From a virus, in the IMG/VR virus record IMGVR_UViG_3300032144_000020, positions 1 to 46,577 of that record: 46,577 bases of DNA; one strand, written 5' to 3'. Positions within the stretch are counted from its first letter, which is position 1; every line of letters begins with the position of its first letter. The notes under the pieces were generated by a model. The model saw only the letters and a program-made list of their open reading frames with translations. It had not been told where the DNA came from and did not search any database. Positions 1 through 8,700 of the stretch are shown here, piece by piece. Made by a program: the position numbers and the translations under genes.

Positions 1-127
1 TCCCTTTGCGCCGCCCACTTCGACAGGGGCACCGTTGTCTCCGAGGAGGACGACCGTCGTCGTCTGGAGGTCGATGGCGGCCATGATCGTCCCGAGCTGG
101 GCGTCAGCCGCGACGAGCATCGCCTCG
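1..127. repeat. Terminal overlap, copy 1 (identical to 46451..46577)
   Basis: Read base by base: 1..127 and 46451..46577 are the same 127-nt string (tccctttgcgccgcccacttcgac...cgacgagcatcgcctcg). An exact end overlap of this size is what an assembler leaves on a circular or terminally redundant molecule. An ORF reads seamlessly across the join. Confidence 0.95.
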
Positions 128-807
128 TACCTGGAGGCGTTGTCTGGCGTCGCCGGGTATCCGGGTGGCAGCAGCGCCGCAGGCGGCCTGTGGAACGGCC
201 TGTGGGCGAGCTGTGGAGCCACGACGGCGAGCTTGGGAGAAGGCGTCGCCGCCCACCAGGAGAGGAACGCCTGGACGGTCTGTGTGGGCTGGTAGGAGTT
301 GAACACCTCCTGAGCCACGCCGTCGTCGATGCGCTGCCAGTGCTGGTATGTGTCCCCGCCGCAGTTCTCGACGTTGATGGCGAGGCCGGCGCGCCAGGTC
401 GAGAAGCCGCGCGACTGAGGGGCGAGCTGCCATGGGCCGCTCGGGTTCGACGAGGCGTGCCACTTGCCGAAGATGCCGCAGTCGTAGCCAGGCATGAGCG
501 CAGGCAGGAAATCGGTCCCGGCCGGCAAGACCTGAGAGCCCGCCGTGGCGCACACCTGCTCGGTCTGCCCCTCCAGGTGGTAGCGCCCCGTCAGGAGCGT
601 CCGCCGCGTCGGGGAGCAGAGCGGCATCGCGTGGGCGTTGGTGAAGACGTACCCGCGCTTCGCTAGCTCCAGGATGTTCGGGCGCGGGCCGGACGCGACA
701 GCCGAGAAGCTGGCGTCGTCCATGACGATGATGACCACATCGGCCTGAGCGCCGGGCCGCGGCGCAGTGCAGGCGATGAGCAGGAGCGAGAGAAGCGCGC
801 GCAGCAT
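1..807 (-). CDS. Formylglycine-type sulfatase with lipoprotein signal, N-terminal 269 codons (the gene continues across the circular junction to 46064)
   Basis: Hand translation from ATG 807 (AGGAGG lies 7 nt upstream) gives MLRALLSLLLIAC(lipobox)TAPRPGAQADVVIIVMDDASF...NAHAMPLCSPTRRTLLTGRY, which contains the C-x-P-x-R sulfatase signature, and later GIFGKWH. There is no stop down to base 1 and the frame joins 46450..46064. The ORF track misses it because it is open at the window edge. Confidence 0.9.
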   Translation of the reverse strand, partial: MLRALLSLLLIACTAPRPGAQADVVIIVMDDASFSAVASGPRPNILELAKRGYVFTNAHAMPLCSPTRRTLLTGRYHLEGQTEQVCATAGSQVLPAGTDFLPALMPGYDCGIFGKWHASSNPSGPWQLAPQSRGFSTWRAGLAINVENCGGDTYQHWQRIDDGVAQEVFNSYQPTQTVQAFLSWWAATPSPKLAVVAPQLAHRPFHRPPAALLPPGYPATPDNASRYEAMLVAADAQLGTIMAAIDLQTTTVVLLGDNGAPVEVGGAKG

Positions 808-833
808 GGCCGGCCTCCTGCGCCGCTTGGCGC

Positions 834-1415
834 TTAGACCCCGAGGAAGGTGTGATTGATGTAGACGGTCAGCGTGATCGAGGAGGTCTTCTGGACGTAG
901 GCGGCGATGGCAAGCGTCTTGTAGGAGAGGAGCTGGCCGTCCGAGTTCGTGGCCCCGCCGCTGCGCGAGATGCCCACGGCGCGGATGGTGTAGTTCGCCT
1001 CGGTCGTCCCGAAGATCGTCTTGTACGTCACGGCGTCGATCGTGCGCCCGCTGTTGTCCGTGTCGGAGTCGGCCGTCTTCGGGTATCCGGCGGCGAATGT
1101 CTTCCGGCCCGTGTACGTCGAGTTCATGTTCTTGAAGGCCCCGAACGTGCGGGTCTTCGAGTTCACTAGTCCCGACTGAGCGACGACGATCTCCCCGATG
1201 GAGAACGTGTGTGTGACCGCCTCCACAGCGCCGCGCTGGGCGTAGTAGCGGTCGCCGGCATCCGTCACGAGGTTCGGCCCCACCTCGACGATCTGGAGGG
1301 TCTTCCCGGTACGGGCGTCCTTCGTGACGAGGACGACGGTCTCCTTGACCCGCTTGCGCTCGGCGGGCTTGGAGTGATCCTTGGGGTCTACGGGCGTCTC
1401 TTGGACCTGTTCCAT
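834..1415 (-). CDS. Hypothetical protein, 193 aa
   Basis: Track ORF with natural composition that ends 26 nt upstream of the sulfatase start. No motif recognised. It sits in a fibre/glycan neighbourhood. Confidence 0.6.
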   Translation of the reverse strand: MEQVQETPVDPKDHSKPAERKRVKETVVLVTKDARTGKTLQIVEVGPNLVTDAGDRYYAQRGAVEAVTHTFSIGEIVVAQSGLVNSKTRTFGAFKNMNSTYTGRKTFAAGYPKTADSDTDNSGRTIDAVTYKTIFGTTEANYTIRAVGISRSGGATNSDGQLLSYKTLAIAAYVQKTSSITLTVYINHTFLGV

Positions 1416-2026
1416 CGCCTGATCCTTGCTCCAGTGAGCCTGTACTTCCGCATGCAGGCGGCGAGCATGGCCCGCTCCACCGCCCAGCGCATCTCATGTC
1501 CTTCGTCCGCTACGGGCTCGTAGTCGATCCCGGGCGTCCCGCTGCCGATCATATCCGCGCCCAGAAGACGAACCTCCTTTGTGCCTTGCCGGAGGAGCCA
1601 GGCGAGCACCGGGAAGAGGGTGGGGATCAGCGGCCCGGACTCCTCCTCCGTGGCAAACTCGGTCATGTACGTCGCCGGCCAGTGGTAGACGCGCCCGATG
1701 TCGACGCCGAGGTCCTTCCAGATCAGGAGGTTGTTTACCGTGGAGAAGATGCGCGTCCCCTCGTGGAGGAGCGGGCTGTAGTCATCCCAGAGCATCCTCG
1801 GGTCGTCCGTCGTCGCCCAGAAGTCGATCGGCGTCGTCGTCGAGTAGGCAATGGCCCTGTTCACGGCCACTACGGGGCCGGCGAGGTGGGCTAGGAGGTG
1901 CTGGCGGCCACCGTGGGCGCTAGGGCCCTCGCAGATGACAGTGGCGACGGGTTCAGGCCGCTCCGGCCAGGAGGGGTAATCCGGGGGTCTGGAAACCAAT
2001 GTCTCTGCGGCTAACATGGCCGCCAT
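1388..2026 (-). CDS. DUF115/Maf-like putative glycosyl (nonulosonate) transferase, paralog A
   Basis: VICEGPSAHG..VVAVNRAIAYS..IDFWATTDDP..RLLGADMIGSG..RWAVERAML aligns motif for motif with 23381..24130. The GPS / N-x-A / D-x-P pattern resembles DUF115 (MptE/Maf) Rossmann-type transferases; this is from memory. The start is ATG 2026 or ATG 2017. Confidence 0.5.
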   Translation of the reverse strand: MAAMLAAETLVSRPPDYPSWPERPEPVATVICEGPSAHGGRQHLLAHLAGPVVAVNRAIAYSTTTPIDFWATTDDPRMLWDDYSPLLHEGTRIFSTVNNLLIWKDLGVDIGRVYHWPATYMTEFATEEESGPLIPTLFPVLAWLLRQGTKEVRLLGADMIGSGTPGIDYEPVADEGHEMRWAVERAMLAACMRKYRLTGARIRRWNRSKRRP

Positions 2027-2270
2027 GGTATGGAATCACCCGTGGACGCCAGAGGAAATGGCCCACATCCGGGCCCACTACGGCGCTATCCGGAACTCGT
2101 CGATGGCCGAGCTTCTGGCTGGCCGGACGGAGACCGCCATCCGTCAGCAGGCTTCCCGCATGGGGGTCAAGAAGAGCCCGGAGAGGCTCTCAGAGCTTGC
2201 CAGGGAGAACTTCGCCGCCAAGAAGCCCAAGGGGCCGTTCCAGGCGAAACCTCCCCAGATCGAAGCCTAG
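2016..2270 (+). CDS. Myb/SANT-like DNA-binding protein, 84 aa
   Basis: WTPEEMAHIRAHYG....MAELLAGRTETAIRQQASRMGVKK is a W-x-x-E-E ... R-T-x-x-x-I-R helix pattern of SANT/Myb-type HTH. It is divergent from 1388..2026. The start is ATG 2016 or ATG 2025. Confidence 0.6.
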   Translation: MAAMVWNHPWTPEEMAHIRAHYGAIRNSSMAELLAGRTETAIRQQASRMGVKKSPERLSELARENFAAKKPKGPFQAKPPQIEA

Positions 2271-2446
2271 GAGGTCTGGAGAGAAGCGGGCCGGCCGAGA
2301 GGCTAGTGGGGTGCTGCTCTCTGCTCCCCTGGGCTTTCCCTTCGCCAGGAGCTCACCTCGGAGTCTGAAGGTGGCAAAGACTCTGCGTCGTCGCCCATCA
2401 GCCGGCCCACAGGGAGCCTACCGGCATCGGGGCGTCGAGGTGGTAA

Positions 2447-3670
2447 CTATCTAGTAAGGCCAGCGCTGACCGGGGAGAGGCGGTCGGCGAGCGGGATGAG
2501 GGCCTCGTGGCGTGTGTCGAGGCCGATCATGGAGGCGAGGTCCTTGATCGCCGGGGTGTTGCAGCCACGGACGTTGAGGCGGCCTGATGGGATGTCCGTG
2601 AGCTGGAGCTGTAGGCGCTCCCCGTAGACGGCGCAGCCCTCGATGTTGAGCGTGCGCGCCACCTTCTGCCCGCTCCCGAGCGAACCGACGCGGATGACCT
2701 GGGAGAGGTTCTCGTTCCCGGGGCCGGCCGCGAAGCCGCAGCCACGGATCAGGACGTGGCCGTTAGCGAACCCGCGCCCGACCTTCCCGTCCGTCGCCGA
2801 GAAGAAGTCTCCCCCCGAGTCGTCGATCATGATGGCCCTGGTGCGCTGGCTCGCTGGGATCATGGGCGGGCCCTCTAGCTGTCCGCCGCCCTGGAAGAGG
2901 CACCCCTGGACGATGATGTCGGAGCCGCCCCCCTGCACCACGAGGCCGCCGCCGCCCCGCCATGACCAGGGCTGATACCAGTCTCCGAGGCGACAGGCTG
3001 TGAGCCAGATACGGGCCCCGGGCACCCAGGCGGTCTCGGAGGGGGAGTTCCTGACCTTGCAGGACTCAGCCCCAGACGCCGGCACGGCCACGCGGTTCCA
3101 GCGGAGGCCGTCCTTGGCGAACCCGTGCCAGTAGGAGGCGTGCTCGGCCGAGAAGCGGGCGGAGATCGTGACGTCCTCCAGCCAGACGTCCGACTGGTAG
3201 CCGAAGAGGGGCCAGACGGTCCCGTGCTGCTGGTTAGGTAGCGTCCCGTCCGTCGTCACCTCGACCTGCTTCATGTGCAGGGCGAACTTGGGCGCGATCG
3301 GCTGGTCCTTGTGCTCCAGGCCGAACCAGATGCCCTGGCGGGCCCCGCAGAGGAGGGTCAGGTTCTCGAAGCGTACGATCCCGTTATGGCGGTCCACGAG
3401 GACGGCCTGGTCGCCAACCGGGCGGATTCTGGTCGCCAAGCGCCCAGCCCCGATGAACCGCACGCCGTCGAAGCCCTTGTCCAGCCACTCGGCCGAGGTG
3501 TACTTCCGGCGGCCTGTGCCGGCCGAGTAGTCGATGTCGAAGCCCTGGACGTCCCCAGCGGGGAGCTGGATGTCCATGAGCCGCGGAGCCGTCTGCATGG
3601 GTTCCATGCCGGCCTTGGGCGCCAAGGAGGCCGGCTGCTTCGCCGGGAAGAGGGTGTCGATCAGGCCCAT
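2447..3670 (-). CDS. Right-handed parallel beta-helix (pectate-lyase fold) protein, candidate polysaccharide depolymerase
   Basis: It has repeated short rungs with Gly/Cys turns (IVQGCLFQGGG, LIRGCGFAAGPG, NIEGCAVYG, NVRGCNT), which is typical of beta-helix glycanases and tailspikes. ATG 3670 has AGGAG 8 nt upstream. The longer track start at 3772 would overlap the divergent NeuB-like gene. Confidence 0.6.
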   Translation of the reverse strand: MGLIDTLFPAKQPASLAPKAGMEPMQTAPRLMDIQLPAGDVQGFDIDYSAGTGRRKYTSAEWLDKGFDGVRFIGAGRLATRIRPVGDQAVLVDRHNGIVRFENLTLLCGARQGIWFGLEHKDQPIAPKFALHMKQVEVTTDGTLPNQQHGTVWPLFGYQSDVWLEDVTISARFSAEHASYWHGFAKDGLRWNRVAVPASGAESCKVRNSPSETAWVPGARIWLTACRLGDWYQPWSWRGGGGLVVQGGGSDIIVQGCLFQGGGQLEGPPMIPASQRTRAIMIDDSGGDFFSATDGKVGRGFANGHVLIRGCGFAAGPGNENLSQVIRVGSLGSGQKVARTLNIEGCAVYGERLQLQLTDIPSGRLNVRGCNTPAIKDLASMIGLDTRHEALIPLADRLSPVSAGLTR

Positions 3671-3733
3671 GCTGAGTCTCCTGGGGTTGGCCGGCAGGGA
3701 GGCGAACCGCATGGTAGGCTTGCCCTTGAGACA

Positions 3734-4624
3734 ATGGAGACACGATTCGTTGCGGAAGTGGGGTCGAACCACAACGGGGACATCCGCCGGGCGCTGGCGC
3801 TCATCCGGGAGGCGAAGGCCGCCGGGTTCGATGCGGTGAAGTTCCAGATGTTCGAGGTGCGGAGGCTATTCCACTCCTCGGCGCTCGACGCACGCCCGGA
3901 GCTTCTCGGGCGCGAGAAGATGGAGCTTCCTTCATGGTGGCTCCCGGAGCTGTCGGCCCAAGCCTTCGACGCCGGCATCCGCTTGGGGCTCTCGGCATTC
4001 GACGTCTCCGCCGTGGCCGTGGCGCACGACTTCATCGACTTCTGGAAGATCAGCTCCTACGACCTGATGCGCACCGACATCCCCCGCGCCATCTCGCGGC
4101 AAGCGAAGAAGCCGGTCGTCGCGTCGACGGGGATGTCCTCGATGTCGAACTGCTTGGAGGCCCGCTACCGGCTCCACGCGCTCGGCCTCGTGGACCTGAC
4201 CTTCCTCCACTGCCTCTCCGCCTACCCCGCCGAACCGGACGCCTGCAACCTCGCCGCGATAGACGCGATGCAGAAGGAGCTTGGACACCCAGTCGGGTGG
4301 TCCGACCACACGGCCTCTGTCGAGGTGATCGAGCGCGCCGTCTGGCGCTGGCGCTCCGCCATGGTGGAGATGCATGTCGACCTCGACGACGGCGAGGGGA
4401 TGGAGTCCGGGGCTCACTGCTGGTCAATGCGCCGCGCTGCCTTCGTGATCGAGCGCACGCGCGGGACTGTCCCCGACATGCTGGCGCGCTCAAGCCCGAT
4501 CGACGGCGACGGGAAGAAGCGCCCGCAGCTCTGTGAACAGGCGGAGGCCGAGTGGTGCGCTGACGACAGCGACGGCCTACGTCCACTCAGGATGACCCGA
4601 GAGAAACTACATGCCCACCCCTAG
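3734..4624 (+). CDS. NeuB/PseI/LegI-family nonulosonic (sialic-type) acid synthase
   Basis: The motif order matches NeuB: FVAEVGSNHNGDIRRALALIREAKAAGFDAVKFQ, WKISSYDL, KKPVVASTGMSS, FLHCLSAYPAEPDACNLAAI, VGWSDHT, VEMHV. There is no C-terminal SAF domain. The track ORF beginning at 3275 is an implausible antisense extension. Confidence 0.85.
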   Translation: METRFVAEVGSNHNGDIRRALALIREAKAAGFDAVKFQMFEVRRLFHSSALDARPELLGREKMELPSWWLPELSAQAFDAGIRLGLSAFDVSAVAVAHDFIDFWKISSYDLMRTDIPRAISRQAKKPVVASTGMSSMSNCLEARYRLHALGLVDLTFLHCLSAYPAEPDACNLAAIDAMQKELGHPVGWSDHTASVEVIERAVWRWRSAMVEMHVDLDDGEGMESGAHCWSMRRAAFVIERTRGTVPDMLARSSPIDGDGKKRPQLCEQAEAEWCADDSDGLRPLRMTREKLHAHP

Positions 4625-5243
4625 CGATCTGCACATCTTCGTCACCGGCATCGTCGGCCGCGCCATGGGCTCGGGCAAGTTCGGCGTCGGCGAGATAGAG
4701 CCGCTGGCCAAGCAGGCCAAGGAAGCCTTCGTGGCCGTCTTCGGCCCCGTGGAGCAGGGCCCGGCGCAGCAGCCATCGCCCCAGCGGGCCTACCAGCCCG
4801 CCCCGTCGCGTGTGGGCGCTGCCGAGCACATCGGGGCGACGGCCAGAGATGTCGTCTCCAAGGCCGGAGTGACGAGCGGCGGATCTATCCCGCCCGCGTC
4901 CGAGGCGTCGTTCCACATCTGGAGCGGCCACAAGTGCTACTACGGCAAGCGCGACTGGGAGGCTTTCGGGAAGCCCTGGCCCGAGGTGACCTGGGAGGAA
5001 CTCCTGGAGCACGCCTCCGGCTCCGACGAGAAGGCGCGCACGAAGGCGAACAAGGCCCTCAAGGTGATGGCCGACAGCGAGCCCCAGGAGGGCGAGTGGG
5101 CTCAGCGCAGCCGCGCCAAGATCGCCAACGCGAAGTGCGTCCTCATCATGGCGCGGAAGCTCATGGAGGCCCCCAAGGAGAGGGCCCCTGTGGAGCGCGA
5201 CTACGCCGAGGACGGCGGCGACTCGAACGAGACGCCTTTCTAG
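4611..5243 (+). CDS. Hypothetical protein, 210 aa
   Basis: Track ORF with natural composition. It overlaps the synthase gene by 14 nt. No motif recognised. Confidence 0.55.
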   Translation: MPTPSDLHIFVTGIVGRAMGSGKFGVGEIEPLAKQAKEAFVAVFGPVEQGPAQQPSPQRAYQPAPSRVGAAEHIGATARDVVSKAGVTSGGSIPPASEASFHIWSGHKCYYGKRDWEAFGKPWPEVTWEELLEHASGSDEKARTKANKALKVMADSEPQEGEWAQRSRAKIANAKCVLIMARKLMEAPKERAPVERDYAEDGGDSNETPF

Positions 5244-5518
5244 GCCGCCTTCTTCTTCCGCAGGAAGAAGCCGACTGCGCCACCGACGAGGGTCGTCACG
5301 AGGAGATCCACGAGCGGATTCCCGGTGAGGATGCCAGCGACGTCGCCGGCCGCCTCACCGATGGCGTCCGCCTTCGGGTCGCTCTCGCCGGGGACGACGG
5401 CCTCCACAGCGCCGCCGACGTCAGAGACGACGGCTCCGGGGACCTTGAGGACCTCGCCCAGCGTCTCGCAGGAGGCGGCGGGGAGGGAGAGGGCGAGGAC
5501 GAGTGCGATGTGCTTCAT
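5240..5518 (-). CDS. Small lipoprotein with C-terminal transmembrane anchor (spanin-like candidate)
   Basis: The N-terminus MKHIALVLALSLPAASC is a signal peptide plus lipobox Cys. The C-terminus LVDLLVTTLVGGAVGFFLRKKKAA is a TM helix with a basic tail. An ATGA overlap links it to the upstream ORF. Confidence 0.6.
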   Translation of the reverse strand: MKHIALVLALSLPAASCETLGEVLKVPGAVVSDVGGAVEAVVPGESDPKADAIGEAAGDVAGILTGNPLVDLLVTTLVGGAVGFFLRKKKAA

Positions 5519-5766
5519 GAGTGGAGTGTGGGCTTGAGGCTGCGAACCTCGTCAAGGATCTCGGCCTGAGTTCGCTCCAGGCGTTCGTGGACGTCTTCCT
5601 CGGTGGCCTGGAAGGCCCGGAAGGTGTCGATGGACGACTGCAATGCTGTCACGGCCTTGTCCTGGTTGTCGAGCATCCTGTCCTGACGCGCCATCATCCA
5701 GCGCACCATGGCGAGGACCGCCACCCATCCGCCCAGGCGTTCGAGGAGGCTGATATCCAAGTCCAT
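5515..5766 (-). CDS. Small protein, weak N-terminal hydrophobic segment plus coiled coil (i-spanin/holin-like candidate)
   Basis: MDLDISLLERLGGWVAVLAMVRWMMARQ is followed by a helical, acidic C-terminal half. The ATG at 5766 shares one base with the TAA of the 1150-aa gene (TAATG). The track N-extension was rejected. Confidence 0.5.
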   Translation of the reverse strand: MDLDISLLERLGGWVAVLAMVRWMMARQDRMLDNQDKAVTALQSSIDTFRAFQATEEDVHERLERTQAEILDEVRSLKPTLHS

Positions 5767-8700
5767 TAGCGTGCTTTCTTCTTCTCGTAGGTAGCGAGGC
5801 CGTCCCCCAGGATGGAGAACGCGCCAAGGATCATGCCTTCGGGCACACCGAGGGCCTTCATGGCTGCATAGGTGTCGCCCCATGATCCGGGGATGGGGGG
5901 AGCTAGCAGGGCCTCGGTGGTCGTTACCTCCTCGCCCGTGTACGTCTCGCCGGCCATGGCATCGATGATGCGGCCGGGGATGGGGCCAGCCTTGGAGCGC
6001 AGGAAGCGCATGGCGACGTCTAGGCGCGACTGCCCGAACGGGCCCTTGCCGTCGAGCTTCTTCACCTTGCCGCCGGATGTATTCGTCTCTCCAGTGGCCA
6101 TGCGGCCCAGGAGAACGCCGACCTGCGCCAGGCCAGAGAGGGGGTCAATCCTGGTGTTGCCGACGCGGATCTTCCCGAAGTCGGAAGACCTGATGTCTGT
6201 CCCGATCTCGAACTCCTCGTCGTTCATCTCTGCGACGGCGTAGCCCGTTAGCCCAAGGAGAGCGTAGTAGGCCCCCTGTCCAGCAACATAGCGGGCGTAC
6301 TCCTTGCCGATCGCCTTCTTGGCGGAGCGCGATAGGCGCTTATCGAAGGCCATTGTCAACGGGCGGCCGAGGAGCTGGAAGCGGCTGATCGTGTACTTGG
6401 GCGACCAGAAGAGACGCAGATCCTCCAGGGCGCTAGCCAGCTTCTTCGCCTTGCCGGATGCGCGCCCAGTGGCGACGTTCACGAACTCGGCGATGGCCTT
6501 GGCCTCGTCGAGCGACGGCTTCTTAGGCAGAGACTCCACAATGGAGTCGAAGGCATTGGCGCGCTGGAGGTTGAGGTAGGTGACGTACGCTCGGTTGGAT
6601 GCCTGGATGCCCGGGATCCTGTCGGAGAGCGCCGAGCGCAGCCCCTCCTCCTGCGGGCCGATCTCGTCCGAGGACGTCAGTTCCAGTCCGGCGCTTTCAG
6701 CTAGCGCGTGCCCTGGGCGCTCCCGGATGGCCGTGTCAACCTGCAAAGCGTAGTGCGGGTCGGCGAACGCCTTGAGCATTTTCTTGGCGTCGCGCGCCGA
6801 GCGGAACGGGTGAGCGCTCGTCAGGAACCCGCCCTGCCGGCGCACGGCGCTTAGGTCCATCGACGAGAAGATCGCGCGCGGGAGGTCCAGGACCTCCTTG
6901 ATTGCGTCCTTGATCCTCTCTGGCGTGGTGCGGATCGCGCGCTCGTGGCGACGGCGAAGGCGCTCGAACTCGCGCCTGACGATATTGCGCTCCGTCTTGA
7001 GCTTGACGATCTCGTCGTCGGGCTCGATCGGCTGGCGCTTCTCCTTGGAGAAGTCCCCCTCTTCGATCCTGCCGCGGAGCTTTTTGGTGACGCGCCGCAG
7101 GCTCATCTTCTGAGCCGCCCGACGACGCTCCTCGTACTGCTCGCGGACGCCGGACTCCCACGCGGCCTTTAGGTGCGGGCGAACGTTCTCCCCGAACCTT
7201 CCGACCATCTGGTCGGCCCACTGAGCGAACGTGACGCCGCCGCGCTGGATGACCTTCCCGGCGAGCTTGCCGTAGAGGACGATGGTCTTGCTGTCTGGGC
7301 CAGCGAAGGCGTGCGTCTTGACGTGCTCGCCCAGCTCGTCCCAGAGCTTCTTGATCTCGGCGTCGATCTTGGCGATCTCCTCCGCGCGTCGCTTCACGCG
7401 GAGCGGGCGAGCCACCTCGCGCTCCATGCGCTTCAGCTCAATGTCCGCCTCGCGCTTGGCGACGGCGGCCTCGCGGGCCGTGATCGCCGCCTCCGCCTTC
7501 TCCAGGCGCGTGTGGATGGCCTTGATCTCCGCCGACTCCTCGGGCGTCAGATTCGCCCCGCGTTTGATGCCGCGGATCCGGCTCTCCATGCCGGCGAGCG
7601 AGTAGTCGTTCTTGAGGAGGATTTGGCGCGCGGAGAGTGCCTGGCCGCTGATCGTGCCCGACTTCTTCAGGACGGCGGCCGTCTTGTCGTAGTCCTTCCG
7701 CGTGGCGTCTAGCGCGGCGAGGTTCGCCTCGGTAGGGTCCTTCGCGTAGGCGGCGTCGGCCTTCTTCTGGGCCTCGACGAGGCGGTTGGCCTCGAAGGAG
7801 AGGATGGCGTTCTCCGAGTCGGAGACGGCGCGCGGCTTCTCCTCTAGCGCCTTGACGAGCTTCGACCCGGCGTGCGGGTCCTCTGCGAGCTTCGCCTTCG
7901 CCTCCTCGTGGAGACCTACCCACCGACGACGCTCGGCCTTGGGCGGGGGCTCCAGGCCCATGCGCTCCAGCTCGCGCTCTACGACAGAGTTCCTTACTCC
8001 TGTGGTCTCTTCTGAAGGGTTGGAGCCAGAACCTTTATCGGCGTCTGGGGCCGGAGGGGCCTCTGTTTCATGACCCGACTTTCCAGGAGGTCTCGCAGGC
8101 TCTCCCTGCGCAGCATTCGGCTCCTCCGGCGTCGGGAGCATACCGCCTTCGGTCTGGACTGGCTCCTGGAGGCCGGCTGCGGCTGCGGGGGGCTCGCCGA
8201 GCATCTCCGCGCCCTCCGTGGCCTCCTGGGTGGCCTCAGACTGCGCCGTAGGCTCTTGGGTGGCCTCTGTGGCCTCTTGGGCCTTGGCCTCCCCTAGGGG
8301 CTCCTGGGGGGCCTCCACAGGCTCGTCGATGATCCCCTGCGTGGCGCTCTCCGGTAGGGCGGCTGATGGGCGGCGCTGGAGCGCGGAGTCCAGGACCCCG
8401 AACGCGCCGCCGAGGAGCAGCGAAGGAGGGAGCGTCGCCTTCATGCGCTCCCAGTTGTCGATGTCCTCACCGGTGAACTTCTCGTAGATGAGGTCAGTAA
8501 GGGCCTGCTCGGCGACCTCTGTTCCGGCCTCGGCCCCTGCCGTACCGATGGCCTTGGAGATGACGGCGCGGCGGAGGGCCTCCCCGATGTCCCTCCCGAT
8601 GAGCTTCTTGACTATGCCGCCGGCAACCTTCTCGGCGCCGAACTGCTCCAGTTGCCCGACTGCCGCCCCGAATAGGAGCCCATAGGTCGCCGCCTCTTCG

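Noticed and set aside
1-127. The 127-bp repeat as a biological direct terminal repeat or att site
   Set aside because: It lies inside a continuous sulfatase reading frame. Its exactness and size are typical of assembler k-mer overlap. A true short DTR cannot be excluded without read-end data.
104-666. Track ORFs 104..553(-), 190..666(+) and 35..295(+)
   Set aside because: They have Arg/Pro/Gly-rich nonsense composition. They overlap the sulfatase frame, which carries clear family motifs.
2009-2032. Near-palindrome CATGGCCGCCATG at the divergent starts of 1388..2026 and 2016..2270
   Set aside because: It is explained by two back-to-back ATG-GCC/GCG-GCC-ATG starts. Either gene can use its second ATG (2017 or 2025) without overlap. 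There is no further evidence of an operator.
3275-3733. Long N-terminal extensions of track ORFs (3275..4624, 19360..20631, 22836..23852, 23381..24328, 24127..24726, 24371..25768, 25884..27650, 33708..34913, 31042..32883 and others)
   Set aside because: The extensions are Arg/Pro rich and overlap upstream genes. They end exactly where an ATGA/GTGA-coupled internal start precedes the first conserved motif.
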